DNA from: a candidate division WWE3 bacterium
Lineage (GTDB): Bacteria > Patescibacteriota > WWE3 > JAPLWK01
DNA length: 64,000 bases
Direction of reading: 5' to 3'
Assembly (NCBI GenBank): GCA_026396615.1
Contig: JAPLWK010000008.1
Span: 75,817-139,816 of the forward strand
In this document: in pieces, positions 1 through 9,718 of the stretch
Layout of the letters: every line of letters begins with the position of its first letter
Position numbering within the stretch: position 1 is the first letter of the stretch
The notes under the pieces: generated by a model
The model's database searches: none
Told to the model about the DNA's origin: nothing
What the model saw: only the letters and a program-made list of their open reading frames with translations
Made by a program: the position numbers and the translations under genes

Positions 1-395
1 ATATTTACGTCGCCAAAGGCTTTAATGGGCAGCTTTTAGAGGACGTGGTGACGCATATTACCAGTGACAAAACCCGTTGGGTTAATATTATGATGAAAGA
101 GGAACTGGGAATAACCAGAGTTAACACCACAACGGTTCTGTGGACCGCGGCGACGGTAGGAATAGCCGCTTTAATTGCCTCATTTATTCCGGTTTTTCCG
201 TTCTTCCTGACGACCGGAATAAAGGCTGTCGCTATTTCTTTGACCGTCAGCGCGATTTCTTTGTTCGCGATCGGCGCCTATGAAGCCAAAACATATGTTG
301 GTTCTTGGAAACGGAGCGGTGTACAATTAATGATAATTGGAATGGGAGCGGCTACTGTCGGATTTTTAATTGGTAAAATATTTCACGTTAATTAG
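1..395 (+). CDS. VIT1/CCC1-family membrane protein, C-terminal part (the ORF runs off the 5' edge of the window; frame is open from nt 3)
   Basis: An open frame continues upstream of the ATG at 45 with no stop. The motif MMKEELGI and the following TM helices are typical of the VIT family. Confidence 0.45.
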   Translation, partial: IYVAKGFNGQLLEDVVTHITSDKTRWVNIMMKEELGITRVNTTTVLWTAATVGIAALIASFIPVFPFFLTTGIKAVAISLTVSAISLFAIGAYEAKTYVGSWKRSGVQLMIIGMGAATVGFLIGKIFHVN

Positions 396-418
396 TTTTT
401 TTAAGGAGGTGATTTTTA

Positions 419-676
419 ATGTTTAAAGTCGAAAAAAAGGATGGTACTTTACAAGAGTACGATCAAAGTAAAGTAATAAACTCTATGGTTACCGCCGGGG
501 CCAGTCATGAGGAAGCAGCCAAAGTATTACCAGAAGTGGAAGCTTGGGCGGAAGCCATGGCCGAAAACGGGGTGATTAAGTCGGTGGATATTCGCTTAGA
601 AGTAATTAAAGAATTACGAACGGTGAATCCAGAAGCCGCTAGCGTTTTTGAGAAGTTTAGCAAGCCACAGGCCTAA
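419..676 (+). CDS. stand-alone ATP-cone domain protein (NrdR-like, without zinc ribbon)
   Basis: Begins MFKVEKKDGTLQEYDQSKVINSM, the N-terminal pattern of ATP-cone domains. A strong RBS (TAAGGAGGTGA) lies 8 nt upstream. Confidence 0.5.
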   Translation: MFKVEKKDGTLQEYDQSKVINSMVTAGASHEEAAKVLPEVEAWAEAMAENGVIKSVDIRLEVIKELRTVNPEAASVFEKFSKPQA

Positions 677-700
677 AACCACCGATATAAACGTAGGGGC

Positions 701-754
701 GACATTTATGACGCCCTCAACCGATCTGATTGAGGGCTTGATGAATCAAGCCCC
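701..754. terminator. nested inverted repeats between convergent genes. The outer arms (11 bp) are ACGTAGGGGCG / GCCCCTACGTT. The inner hairpin is GCCCTCAA / TTGAGGGC
   Basis: Inverted-repeat structure read directly from the sequence between the ATP-cone gene and the recF 3' end. No U-tract is present. Confidence 0.35.
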
Positions 755-1809
755 TACGTTGTGTGGATTCTCTGACAATACTTTAACTCTCTAAATTCAG
801 GAACGTGTGTCGCCGTTAGAATTGTTTGTTGCTTCCCAATAGTAGCCAAAACGGCCTCCTGATGAACGTCATCCAGTTCCGAAAAGACATCATCCAGCAG
901 TAACAACGGTCGCTCCCCTACTTTCATCGAAATATAATCAAGTTCAAAGAGTTTAAGGGCTAGGACCCCGGTCCGTTGCTGCCCCCGGGACCCAAAGAGT
1001 GACAAATCATAATCTGACTCTAATAATTTCCAGTCATCGCGATGCGGCCCTATTAAAGTTATGTGAGAGGCCAGTTCCGCGGCTTCGTGCGACAATAATC
1101 GCTCTTTATTCAACCTGTTGGGAAGATAATTTATCTGTAAATCTGTGAGCAGACCTCCTAAGAGATCGTTGACGACCTGTGGCAAATCGTGATTTAACTC
1201 GGCAATAAACGCTTGGCGTTTCTCCTGGATGACCGTGCCAAATGACAATAATTCTTGATTCCAATATTCCAATTCTTGTAGTAGCTGAGTGGACGACCGC
1301 GTGTCATCGGCCAGCAAATGATTACGACGAGTGACTATTTTGCCGTAGTTACTGAGTGATTTGCTGTAAGCACCGTCGACTTGGCTTAAAGCGTCATCCA
1401 AATAACGCCGTCGAACTGCCGGCCCGTCAACCAGCAGATCAATATCCTCAGGTCGAAAGATGACAGACCGCAAATTCCCCACAAAGCCGGAAATATGCTT
1501 TGGAACGTTGTTAACTTTATAAAGTTTTTGCGAACTGTACTGGTTATCACCACGCTCTTGAACGACCACAGACAACTCGTTGTCAGAAGTAACGCCAAAA
1601 ACATCAGCGTAAGTTTTACCGTGCCTGATTACTTCGCGGTCAAAGCGACCCCGAAAAGTGCGACCCGCTGAAAGCATCCCTAAGGCCTCTAAGATATTAG
1701 TTTTACCGCTGCCGTTAGGACCGACGATGAGCGTCGTTTTGGGGTCAAAGCTAAACTTGGCTTTCGAGTAAGATCTAAAATTTCGGAGCTCTAACGATTT
1801 TAGTTCCAT
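754..1809 (-). CDS. recF: DNA replication and repair protein RecF
   Basis: MELKSLELRNFRSY...GPNGSGKTNILEA is the RecF N-terminal Walker A region. The length (351 aa) fits. The C-terminal LLLLDDVFSELD is the Walker B/signature region. Confidence 0.9.
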   Translation of the reverse strand: MELKSLELRNFRSYSKAKFSFDPKTTLIVGPNGSGKTNILEALGMLSAGRTFRGRFDREVIRHGKTYADVFGVTSDNELSVVVQERGDNQYSSQKLYKVNNVPKHISGFVGNLRSVIFRPEDIDLLVDGPAVRRRYLDDALSQVDGAYSKSLSNYGKIVTRRNHLLADDTRSSTQLLQELEYWNQELLSFGTVIQEKRQAFIAELNHDLPQVVNDLLGGLLTDLQINYLPNRLNKERLLSHEAAELASHITLIGPHRDDWKLLESDYDLSLFGSRGQQRTGVLALKLFELDYISMKVGERPLLLLDDVFSELDDVHQEAVLATIGKQQTILTATHVPEFRELKYCQRIHTT

Positions 1810-1858
1810 ATGCAGTATTCAGTATAGAGTATTCAGAAATCGAAACCGTTGTTTTCTT

Positions 1859-1963
1859 GTCATTCCGGCCCCAGAGCCGGAATCCAGTAAATCCGATTGT
1901 TTTTTGTTATTTGTTGTTTGTTTTTTTGAAGTTACTGGATTCCGGGTCAAGCCCGGAATGACG
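1859..1963. mobile_element. MITE-like composite. It consists of hairpin repeat type B (1859-1893, + orientation), a 38-bp T-rich spacer, and hairpin repeat type A (1931-1963, inverted)
   Basis: Two copies of the dispersed GTCATTCCGG...CCGGAATCCAGTAA repeat in inverted orientation, lying in the divergent recF/fpg promoter region. Confidence 0.4.
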
Positions 1964-1984
1964 AATTTAGTTTATAATACTGTT

Positions 1985-2818
1985 ATGCCCGAATTACCAG
2001 AAGTCGAGACCGTCCGCGCTGATTTAAATAAAGAGCTAGCCGGTCAAACAGTCAAAGGAATCAAAGTCGACAAGCCTAACCTAATTAAAGGCTCACATCT
2101 AGACTTTATTAAAGAGTTAACCGGAGCTAAGTTCACCGGTGTTCGCCGCCAAGCCAAACTACTTATATTCGACCTCACTAAAGACGGTCGTGATTTCCAT
2201 GTCGTCGCCCATCTTAAAATGACCGGCCGCTTTCTACTACGAGAGCAGTCGGATCAACCTGATAATTACCAGCACATCACTATCGACATCGGAGGCGGCA
2301 AGGAACTCCGTTTTTGCGACCTCCGCCAATTTGGTTATCTAGCAATTACCTCTAAAGAGGACCTAGCTAAAATTTTAGCTGGTTACGGCCCGGAACCACT
2401 TAAAGACTTGACCGTAGAGAAGTTTGAAGAGGCGTTAAAACGTAAATTAGCCATTAAAAAGCTGCTTCTCGATCAAGCCGTTTTCTCCGGTATTGGTAAT
2501 ATTTATGCCAATGAAGCCCTATTTGAAGCCAAGATTCAGCCAGAGCGACTGGCTAACACACTTTCGATTAAAGAAGCAAGTGACCTTTTTCAGGCGATCT
2601 CTAAAGTCATCACTTCCGGTCTTACTAATCGAGGTACCACCACCAAAGATGATTCTTTTAAAGATATTTACAACCGAGCTGGATCGAATGCGAAGTATCT
2701 TAGGGTCTACGAGCGGACCGGTCAACCCTGTTTAAACAATTGTGGCGATAAGATTAAGAAGATTATGGTTGGTGGTCGCGGGACGTATTTTTGCCCCAGT
2801 TGTCAGCCACAACTTTAA
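1985..2818 (+). CDS. mutM: formamidopyrimidine-DNA glycosylase (Fpg/MutM)
   Basis: MPELPEVETVR is the canonical Fpg N-terminus with the catalytic Pro2. The C-terminal CxxC-x-CPSCQ zinc finger is present. The upstream part of the 1904 ORF is repeat-derived and was discarded. Confidence 0.9.
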   Translation: MPELPEVETVRADLNKELAGQTVKGIKVDKPNLIKGSHLDFIKELTGAKFTGVRRQAKLLIFDLTKDGRDFHVVAHLKMTGRFLLREQSDQPDNYQHITIDIGGGKELRFCDLRQFGYLAITSKEDLAKILAGYGPEPLKDLTVEKFEEALKRKLAIKKLLLDQAVFSGIGNIYANEALFEAKIQPERLANTLSIKEASDLFQAISKVITSGLTNRGTTTKDDSFKDIYNRAGSNAKYLRVYERTGQPCLNNCGDKIKKIMVGGRGTYFCPSCQPQL

Positions 2819-3899
2819 AAACCTCATTCTTAAAATCCTTACCTGAAAACACTGCCGCCCGTTTCCGACATTCCTCAGACAAATAGTTTGTCGACTTAAA
2901 ATTAGACAAGACACTTTCTAAAGACGCAACAGTTGCCTCAGGAAATAATTCCCCTGTGATTCCGGGGGTAATTACCTCACTGGCCCCGCCGCCTGTAAGC
3001 GCCACTACGGGCTTACCGTACGACAAAGCCTCTACAGGCACGATCCCAAAATCCTCATCGCTGACAGGGTTTAGCAAGGCCTGGCACCCCTTGTAGAGAC
3101 CTGCTAGCTCACTATCAGACACCCGTCCTAAGAACTTGGTGGTTGGCACGGCCAAATGTTTCAGTCTGGCTAGTTCCGGCCCGCTACCCACAATCTGTAA
3201 GCTTAAGCCTAGTTTCTGGCAGGCTAAAATCGCCAAATCGAAGTTCTTATAACGCACCAATCGCCCCACGCACAGAAAATAAGGCTCAATACTGCTATTG
3301 TCTACAGAAGTAACTATCGTTTCAGAGAGCAATTTAGACGGAGGGTATGTCACAATAGAATCTCTCCTATAAAACTTATAAATCCGATCCGCCGTATTCT
3401 TTGATGGCGCCAGCAGAATGTTTGGTCGCTGAGCGGCCGAGTAATCCCAAACCCTTAAATAATTGTCGACGATACTGAGGATTGGCTTCCAGAACCAGTT
3501 CGACCGTTTGTTCGTCTCCGTTTCGTAGCCATACAGAAAACGCGGTGGAGTGTGAATGTAGCTAACGTGTAACTGCTTTGAAGTAGTGATAACCCCTTTG
3601 GCAAAGTTGGCAGTATCGGAAATGACCACATCATAGGCCGACAGATCCAAGCCTTCAAAATATAACGGCCAAAAGAGGGTAAAGTACTTAAAAATATGAC
3701 GAATTAAAGGGATTCTAGAAGCCGACGAGACCCGAATATCCCAGGATGACGAGGGGAACGAGGCTTCAAGGCGTTTATCAAAGATAGTGGTGTACACCGG
3801 CGCCTGCGGGTACAGTTCGTGCAGCGCTCGCAGCACCTGCTCTGCCCCACCGTCTTGAATTAAAAAATCGTGAATTAGAGCTACTTTAGGGTTTGTCAT
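2763..3899 (-). CDS. glycosyltransferase family 4 (GT-B, RfaG/WcaC-like)
   Basis: The N-terminus KVALIHDFLIQDGGAEQV and the C-terminal EDFGIVPVEALSYGKPVVA (E-x7-E region) are typical of GT4. Confidence 0.8.
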   Translation of the reverse strand: MTNPKVALIHDFLIQDGGAEQVLRALHELYPQAPVYTTIFDKRLEASFPSSSWDIRVSSASRIPLIRHIFKYFTLFWPLYFEGLDLSAYDVVISDTANFAKGVITTSKQLHVSYIHTPPRFLYGYETETNKRSNWFWKPILSIVDNYLRVWDYSAAQRPNILLAPSKNTADRIYKFYRRDSIVTYPPSKLLSETIVTSVDNSSIEPYFLCVGRLVRYKNFDLAILACQKLGLSLQIVGSGPELARLKHLAVPTTKFLGRVSDSELAGLYKGCQALLNPVSDEDFGIVPVEALSYGKPVVALTGGGASEVITPGITGELFPEATVASLESVLSNFKSTNYLSEECRKRAAVFSGKDFKNEVFKVVADNWGKNTSRDHQP

Positions 3900-3904
3900 A
3901 AATA

Positions 3905-3998
<94 letters not shown>

Positions 3999-4009
3999 AG
4001 GTATGTTTT

Positions 4010-4069
4010 GTCATTCCGGGCTTGACCCGGAATCTAGTAACTGGATTCCGGCTCCGGGGCCGGAATGAC
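4010..4069. mobile_element. two hairpin repeats (type A in + orientation, type B inverted) abutting or overlapping, forming a 60-bp palindromic composite
   Basis: gtcattccgggcttgacccggaatctagtaactggattccggctccggggccggaatgaca. It lies immediately 5' of the tRNA-Ser gene. Confidence 0.4.
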
Positions 4070-4328
4070 AAGTTATTAAACGCAGCCTCTCACTTTTCCC
4101 CTATTTATGTTTTAAATAGTACTATCGTTTATACGCGTCAACTTTATTCAAACCGCCTTCAATGTAAATTAAGCGCCAAGGACCAAAAGGCCAAGTCGCT
4201 TTGGCAGAGCCCGTGTTATGCTCCTTGACTTGACTTTCAATGTCTAGAGTGACACCAACATATGTTCGCTGATGCGTCAAACTTTGAATAATATACACTA
4301 AATATAACCTAAATGCTCAAAATTATAG

Positions 4329-4793
4329 TCACTCTGCAGGTCGTTGGTTACCAGTATCAATTTCCTTGAGTTCTCGATCCGTCTCCCGCTCGATATCTCT
4401 TGATTTAACCAGCTCTTTCTTACCGTATTGGTTGCGACCGTGACCTAAGCCCACCGTGAGCTTAATGCGATCGCCTAAGGTATAAAATTGCAACGGAATA
4501 AGCGCATAGCCCTTACGTCCTCCTAGGCCAACCATGCGTTTAACCTCTGATTTAGTAAGCAACAATTGGCGGGATCGTTCCGGATCAAACATTATTGCCG
4601 AGTTTTTATAGTTTTGGATATGGGCCCCCACGAGGTACGGCTGAGCATTAAAGAATTTAACGTAAGCACCATTAAGCCTGGCATTTTTGCCGCGAACGGA
4701 CTTCACTTCCGACCCTAGCAGTGCAATTCCCGCTTCCCAGGTTTCTAAAATTTCGTAATCATGCCGAGCCATCCGATTTTCGGCCAGGATCAT
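4329..4793 (-). CDS. smpB: SsrA-binding protein SmpB
   Basis: NRMARHDYEILETWEAGIALLGSEVKS...GAHI matches SmpB over its full length (154 aa). Confidence 0.9.
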   Translation of the reverse strand: MILAENRMARHDYEILETWEAGIALLGSEVKSVRGKNARLNGAYVKFFNAQPYLVGAHIQNYKNSAIMFDPERSRQLLLTKSEVKRMVGLGGRKGYALIPLQFYTLGDRIKLTVGLGHGRNQYGKKELVKSRDIERETDRELKEIDTGNQRPAE

Positions 4794-6415
4794 TGGAAAC
4801 TCCCACTCAAAGCCTGAGTATCACCGGCGACCGTAAAAGTCTTAGCGGTTTCGGAGACTACTAAATCCCGCACCGTAAAAGGCACTTTTGGCAGAGCCAC
4901 TTGAAATTTGTAAAGACCGGTTTTGTTAACCGCTACCAAACGGCTGTTTCCGGCATCATAGACGTAGAGGTTATCGCTGTCACCATCGGTATAAAGCGCC
5001 AGCGGATTATTAAAAGGCGCATCAATTCCGGAAATTGTGAAAAGAGTGCTGTCATTTTTGTAGAACTTCTTGATGCTTGTTGCATCCAGAACCCAAACAT
5101 TACCGTCGACCGCAATCCCCAAACCTTTTCCAACATCTGACGAATTCTTAAGCCACGGAGTAACAGTGAAACTTTTGCCTAACGGTGTTGCTTTGTATAT
5201 TTGCGAATCAGTAGGCGAAACTAAATATAAAAAGCCAACGTAGTCGCTGTAAGCCGTAACGCTCCCTTTTTTGTTGAAGGTGAGATCCTTAAACTTGGCG
5301 CGGACGACACCCAAAGTAGCCGGCATAGAAGCCTCTCGCCACGATGGCAGAGCCGAAATATTGTAAGCTTGGATTTTTAAGGAAGTAAGTGAGTCACTTA
5401 AAGTTTTAAAGTTAGCCTTGCGTTTGTCTTCCGGCGACAAATTATTTAAAGTGGTAAACGCCACCGTTAATTCTGCTTTGGCGGCCGGCAAATCGATGCT
5501 AAGATTACTGGTAATCTCCGAAATTTTGGCGTTTAAATCGTCGGTGCTACTACCCAGTACTTTTGTAGCGGGCGAGGTCGCGACGGTCTGCTTATCGCGT
5601 AAAGATAAAGCCAGTGACCCTACCAACACCACCCCTAAAACCAAGACGGCAATCCCTAGTAATTTAGTTTTCTTAAGTCCGGGATTCTCATTAACATTAC
5701 TTTTAGATTTAAAACTAAAGCGATGAATTAAATTACTTAACGACTTTTTACCGGAATTAGAACCGGTCTTAGTCAAGGTTTCGGTATTCTTAATTATTAA
5801 AGCTAGTTCTGCGGCTTTATTAGGACTTATAGCCAGCTCGCTTTCTAAAGTTCCCAGAGTAGTTAACAACTTTTCAAAAGAAAGGCGATTCCCCAAATGC
5901 TTGGAAGTGAGCATTACAATATCGTCGGTATCCAGTGGGTGCGAGGCAAAACTCACCTCCATGGAACTGTCACAAACTATCTCTTTAACTCCCATGCCCC
6001 GAATCAAAAATATTTTGCCGCCTCCCAGAACCGCCGTATATAAGAACTGGCCCCATTTTACTATCGCCACCAAATTTAATTCAAAATTAGGGGCTGTTTC
6101 CATTGACGGCAACGGATTAATACTCAAGCCAAGAAGTCGCCCGCGAACGGCGGTTAAAGCTTTTTCCAAGGCCTGTAAAGGGGTTCCCTCAATCTCACTG
6201 TAATAACTATCTTTTAAAGTATCCCAAACGAGTCTGCCAAAGAGAGGGGCGGTTTGGGCGGAGATACCGCTAAAATCAAGGACCGAGTATAAACTGCCGC
6301 GACTTTCCAAAACCGGTAAATCGACCGGCTCTTCAATGTTGGAAAAGGCTATTTCCCCGGTTTTGGGGTTGGGGGCAACATTACCACCGATTTTTTGGAT
6401 TTTGGCGGGTATCAT
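4790..6415 (-). CDS. membrane protein with an N-terminal PP2C-like domain (apparently catalytically degenerate), a single TM, and a C-terminal beta-propeller/NHL-like repeat region
   Basis: The PP2C fold pattern is present, but DGHGG is replaced by DFSGIS. The TM segment is LLGIAVLVLGVVLVGSLALSL. The C-terminal repeats resemble YVYDAGNSRLVAV. The gene overlaps smpB by 4 nt. Confidence 0.3.
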   Translation of the reverse strand: MIPAKIQKIGGNVAPNPKTGEIAFSNIEEPVDLPVLESRGSLYSVLDFSGISAQTAPLFGRLVWDTLKDSYYSEIEGTPLQALEKALTAVRGRLLGLSINPLPSMETAPNFELNLVAIVKWGQFLYTAVLGGGKIFLIRGMGVKEIVCDSSMEVSFASHPLDTDDIVMLTSKHLGNRLSFEKLLTTLGTLESELAISPNKAAELALIIKNTETLTKTGSNSGKKSLSNLIHRFSFKSKSNVNENPGLKKTKLLGIAVLVLGVVLVGSLALSLRDKQTVATSPATKVLGSSTDDLNAKISEITSNLSIDLPAAKAELTVAFTTLNNLSPEDKRKANFKTLSDSLTSLKIQAYNISALPSWREASMPATLGVVRAKFKDLTFNKKGSVTAYSDYVGFLYLVSPTDSQIYKATPLGKSFTVTPWLKNSSDVGKGLGIAVDGNVWVLDATSIKKFYKNDSTLFTISGIDAPFNNPLALYTDGDSDNLYVYDAGNSRLVAVNKTGLYKFQVALPKVPFTVRDLVVSETAKTFTVAGDTQALSGSFQ

Positions 6416-6418
6416 AAA

Positions 6419-6625
6419 TTACAGCACAATAACGGCCAAAACGGTTAAGGAGAGAGCGAATACTAAGTGGAAGCGGGCCACTACCCGTAAGGTTGGGTCC
6501 AAATTGGTGCCGAGCACCTCGGTCATCAAACCAATCTGACGGAGCACCATAAAAGCAAAGCCACAATATAAGGCGAGCAGAACAATGTAGCCAATTTTAA
6601 TAATTTGCCAAATATCAAAAATCAT
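6419..6625 (-). CDS. small two-TM membrane protein
   Basis: 68 aa with two hydrophobic helices, translationally coupled between the flanking genes. Confidence 0.3.
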   Translation of the reverse strand: MIFDIWQIIKIGYIVLLALYCGFAFMVLRQIGLMTEVLGTNLDPTLRVVARFHLVFALSLTVLAVIVL

Positions 6626-6629
6626 AAAT

Positions 6630-7205
6630 TTAAATAATTACCGTGGGATCGCTTAATTTAGGAGTCCCGTGCGTCCCCGCCATTAAATCAGTAATCAAAT
6701 CATGTACCTGGGCCGGATCGGGAGCCCCCTCAAACTCAAATTCCCGCTGCTCTCCTGCCGTTTGCATCGATACACTGCCGTAATTAAGCAAACTTTGAAA
6801 CACGCCATGTTGGGCGTAAGTGCAATCTTCTAAATGAGCAATTTCGGTTTCAGAAACATTCTTATTAAGTAATCCCCAAAAATCAACGTCCACAATTCTT
6901 TTTTTGGTGATTATTAACACATTAAAATACCAAATAATAAAGGTTTCTAGAGAGTAGGCAAATACAAAGAGCAGCCAAAAGATAACGCCAAAAGTAATAA
7001 AGCGGCCCGGAATAAACGGCAGTAATCGCGGCGCAAAGGGGCCAGCTACTAAAGGGACTGCAGCTAAAATTAGAATGGTAATAATACTACCCACTTGGGT
7101 AAACCAATGGCGGCGCACTAGCATTAATAAAGCTTCCCCCTCTTCTTGAGATTGAAAACTTACACTAATTGGTTTTTTAATTAACGCGGCAAAAACTTCC
7201 TTCAT
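6630..7205 (-). CDS. bacterial PH-domain (bPH_2 / YdbS-YdbT-like) membrane protein
   Basis: Two N-terminal TM helices are followed by ITKKRIVDVDFWGLLNKNVSETEIAHLEDCTYAQHGVFQSLLNYGSVSMQTAGE, which is typical of DUF304/bPH_2. Confidence 0.5.
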   Translation of the reverse strand: MKEVFAALIKKPISVSFQSQEEGEALLMLVRRHWFTQVGSIITILILAAVPLVAGPFAPRLLPFIPGRFITFGVIFWLLFVFAYSLETFIIWYFNVLIITKKRIVDVDFWGLLNKNVSETEIAHLEDCTYAQHGVFQSLLNYGSVSMQTAGEQREFEFEGAPDPAQVHDLITDLMAGTHGTPKLSDPTVII

Positions 7206-7267
7206 ATGCCCAATTATAGCAACTTCCTTTAATTATGGGAGTAAGCTAGAATGCAATCTGCTAAGTT

Positions 7268-8026
7268 ATGCAATGCGGACTCTGTAAATCCTTTAAATTT
7301 AATACTATTTTTGAGAATCAGACTAATTCAATTGTTAAATGTGTGGAATGTGGGTTAGGTTTATTAAATAAGCCACCTGCGGCAGTAGCTGAAACATATA
7401 AGTGTGATTATTTTAATGATAAAAAAACTGAAGATTACTATAAAGATTCCTTAAAGAAGTTTGCGTATGTTAAACCATATTTAAATTTAGAGTCTCGTAT
7501 TTTAGATTTCGGTTGCGCAGTTGGTCACTTTGCAGGTGTTTGCAAAAACAAGGGATACTCTGTAGCTGGATTTGATATTTCTGAATATGCTGCAAGTCAA
7601 ACGGCGACTAGCTATGATATCGAAACTAAGTCGGGGGCGTTAAATAAAGATCTCTTTGCTGAAAATTACTTCGATGTTATTACTTGTTTCGATGTAATCG
7701 AACATATTCCCAACTATATAGAAACGTTGAAAATTATAAAAACGTGGTTAAAGCCAGGTGGACACATTTTTATCACTACCCCAGATACGGAAAGTTGGGA
7801 TGCTAAGATTCTAGGTAAATATTGGTACGGTTTTACCAAAATACCACAACATATTCTTTATTTTAATAGAAATTCACTACAACGAATACTTACAGAAACT
7901 GGTTTTACGAATATTAAAATTAATCAATGGGGTTTTGTTAGGAGCCTGGGATTCTGGTTTAAAAAAAGTTTTCCGCCTTATTTTTATATTCCGATGGTAG
8001 ATATGATAGTAGTTGCTAAAAAATGA
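7268..8026 (+). CDS. class I SAM-dependent methyltransferase with N-terminal Cys4 zinc-ribbon (sugar C/O-methyltransferase-like)
   Basis: CGLC...CVECG zinc ribbon. Motif I is LDFGCAVGHFAG, and the post-I and motif II sequences include FDVITCFDVIEHIPN. Confidence 0.7.
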   Translation: MQCGLCKSFKFNTIFENQTNSIVKCVECGLGLLNKPPAAVAETYKCDYFNDKKTEDYYKDSLKKFAYVKPYLNLESRILDFGCAVGHFAGVCKNKGYSVAGFDISEYAASQTATSYDIETKSGALNKDLFAENYFDVITCFDVIEHIPNYIETLKIIKTWLKPGGHIFITTPDTESWDAKILGKYWYGFTKIPQHILYFNRNSLQRILTETGFTNIKINQWGFVRSLGFWFKKSFPPYFYIPMVDMIVVAKK

Positions 8027-8766
8027 ACTTTTTACAGGAGTTTCTAAAAATAGCCCCGTATTCTTTAGCTGTGTGGCGGGCGGGAGAGGCTGAGGCCATA
8101 AACCAAGCTTATGCTGATTTTAAACCGCAGGGCAAAATTCTAGATATTGGCTGCGGCTTTGGAGAATTCATGAGCGTTTTTAGTAAAGTTATTAACGGTA
8201 ATAAAATTGATTTGGGTGTAGATATTTGCCAATCAGATATTAATGAGGCTCTTAAAAAAAATGTTTATGAAAAAATTATCTGCTGTGACGCTAGGGACTT
8301 ACATCAAATAAAAGATAAATATAATACTGTCTTAGCCGTTAGTGTTTTAGAGCATATTAGTAATGTAGAAAAAGTATTTGACCAAGTGCAAACGGTACTT
8401 AATCCTGGTGGCTATTGCATCTTTACGGTACCTACGAATAAACTTAATTCTAAATTGTGGACTAAACTGCTCCATAAAACTTTTAAACACGTCAGCCTTT
8501 TAAGTAAAGAAGAATGGATTAAAATATCGGAAAATAGCGGTCTTACGATTAGGCAAGTAAAAGGAACAATTTCGCAAAAAGAATTAACTGCCTTTGAATC
8601 TGGCTTGATTACGGCTTTAGTAACCCAGCCCAGCAGATGGCTATTTAAAAAACGTTTACTAATATCCCCCGAGGCTAGACTAAAAACCTTCGAAAAAGTA
8701 GCTGTAGCGGCAGTTGCTGATGAAAAGATGGAAAGCAACATTTTAGTAGTTGCCCAAAAAATATGA
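8023..8766 (+). CDS. class I SAM-dependent methyltransferase (Methyltransf_11/12-like)
   Basis: ILDIGCGFGEFMS (motif I) and VLAVSVLEHISNVEKVF. It overlaps the previous gene by 4 nt (ATGA). Confidence 0.7.
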   Translation: MNFLQEFLKIAPYSLAVWRAGEAEAINQAYADFKPQGKILDIGCGFGEFMSVFSKVINGNKIDLGVDICQSDINEALKKNVYEKIICCDARDLHQIKDKYNTVLAVSVLEHISNVEKVFDQVQTVLNPGGYCIFTVPTNKLNSKLWTKLLHKTFKHVSLLSKEEWIKISENSGLTIRQVKGTISQKELTAFESGLITALVTQPSRWLFKKRLLISPEARLKTFEKVAVAAVADEKMESNILVVAQKI

Positions 8767-9683
8767 TCTGTAAAAGATGGTTTAGAGAATATAAAATAGA
8801 ATTTTCTTTATTTATAGTGGCTCTAATTTTATCGCTGTTACCAATTTTTGTTAGTGTAGTTAAAACTCCACGAGACTTTATACCAACTCTAAACAACCAG
8901 TTTTACGATATGCGTGACGTTTTTGTTTATACAGCAGGTGTAAGGCTAGGGCTAGATGGTAACTTTTTGTATAAATATAAATTTTACCCGGCTAAAGCAG
9001 AGAACCAGGTGTTAATCTATCCTGCCTTAACTATTACCGGTTTAATTCTAAAACCTCTAAGCGTATTAATCCCCAAATTTTACCTAGCTATCGGTGGGTA
9101 CCTATTACTTAAAATTATCGGGTCTGTTTTACTTTTTTTAGCAGCCCTGCACTTTTTCAAATCTTTTAATTTTAGTAAAAGAGAATCTATAATTACCACC
9201 GCTTTTTTATTGTTTTCTGGAGGCTCAGTAAGTATTGATTTCCCTGGATTATTTCCTGAGGCGGCCCTAACTATCGCCTCCTTTTCTTTAGATTTATCAT
9301 TTACACTACTGGCCGTAAGCTTTACAAAAAGGATCGTTGAACATTTCAATAAAATAAATTGCCTGTGGTTAGCGGCAGCAATACTTGGAGTAGTAGTTAC
9401 CCACCCCTATAGCCTATTACCAGTGTTATGTATAGTTATAGGAACTACTACAATTTTACTAGCCAAGAAAACTATTAAAATCCAAACAAGTGCGGGTATT
9501 TTTGCGACGTTTATACCGGCATTAAGTTACTGTGTGTATCTGTACTACAATTATTATCAATTGGATGCATTAGGTTGGGTAAAGATGTTTGATGGGGTGG
9601 CCCAATTTATGAAAACTCCACCGGTAATCGTAATAGTTATCTACCTCGGTTTACAGGGGACACTGGTGGCGGGTATATCTTAA
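8763..9683 (+). CDS. polytopic membrane protein, N-terminal part of a GT-C-like glycosyltransferase/polymerase (possibly interrupted)
   Basis: At least 8 predicted TM helices. It overlaps the upstream MTase gene by 4 nt and ends 36 nt before the next membrane-protein ORF, which is in another frame. Confidence 0.35.
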   Translation: MICKRWFREYKIEFSLFIVALILSLLPIFVSVVKTPRDFIPTLNNQFYDMRDVFVYTAGVRLGLDGNFLYKYKFYPAKAENQVLIYPALTITGLILKPLSVLIPKFYLAIGGYLLLKIIGSVLLFLAALHFFKSFNFSKRESIITTAFLLFSGGSVSIDFPGLFPEAALTIASFSLDLSFTLLAVSFTKRIVEHFNKINCLWLAAAILGVVVTHPYSLLPVLCIVIGTTTILLAKKTIKIQTSAGIFATFIPALSYCVYLYYNYYQLDALGWVKMFDGVAQFMKTPPVIVIVIYLGLQGTLVAGIS

Positions 9684-9718
9684 AAAATATTAGAATTACC
9701 AAATTTTCCCAGTTAATA

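Noticed and set aside
1386-1604. 72-aa nested ORF
   Set aside because: It lies entirely inside recF in another frame on the same strand.
1859-1963. Pairs of repeats separated by 33-38 bp could look like a mini CRISPR array
   Set aside because: The copies are in inverted orientation, not direct. Loci never hold more than two copies. The repeat is itself a hairpin dispersed genome-wide at gene ends. No cas genes are present.
1904-1984. N-terminal extension of the fpg ORF (MLFVVCFFEVTGFRVKPGMTNLVYNTV)
   Set aside because: It is encoded by the hairpin repeat. Fpg must begin with Met-Pro (catalytic Pro2) at 1985.
2493-2735. 80-aa and 68-aa nested ORFs
   Set aside because: They lie entirely inside fpg and are not supported by any RBS or homology.
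4072-4328. 250-bp unannotated stretch between tRNA-Ser and smpB as possible ncRNA
   Set aside because: No convincing conserved structure or known ncRNA signature (SRP, RNase P, 6S) was recognizable by eye. It is probably the smpB promoter region.
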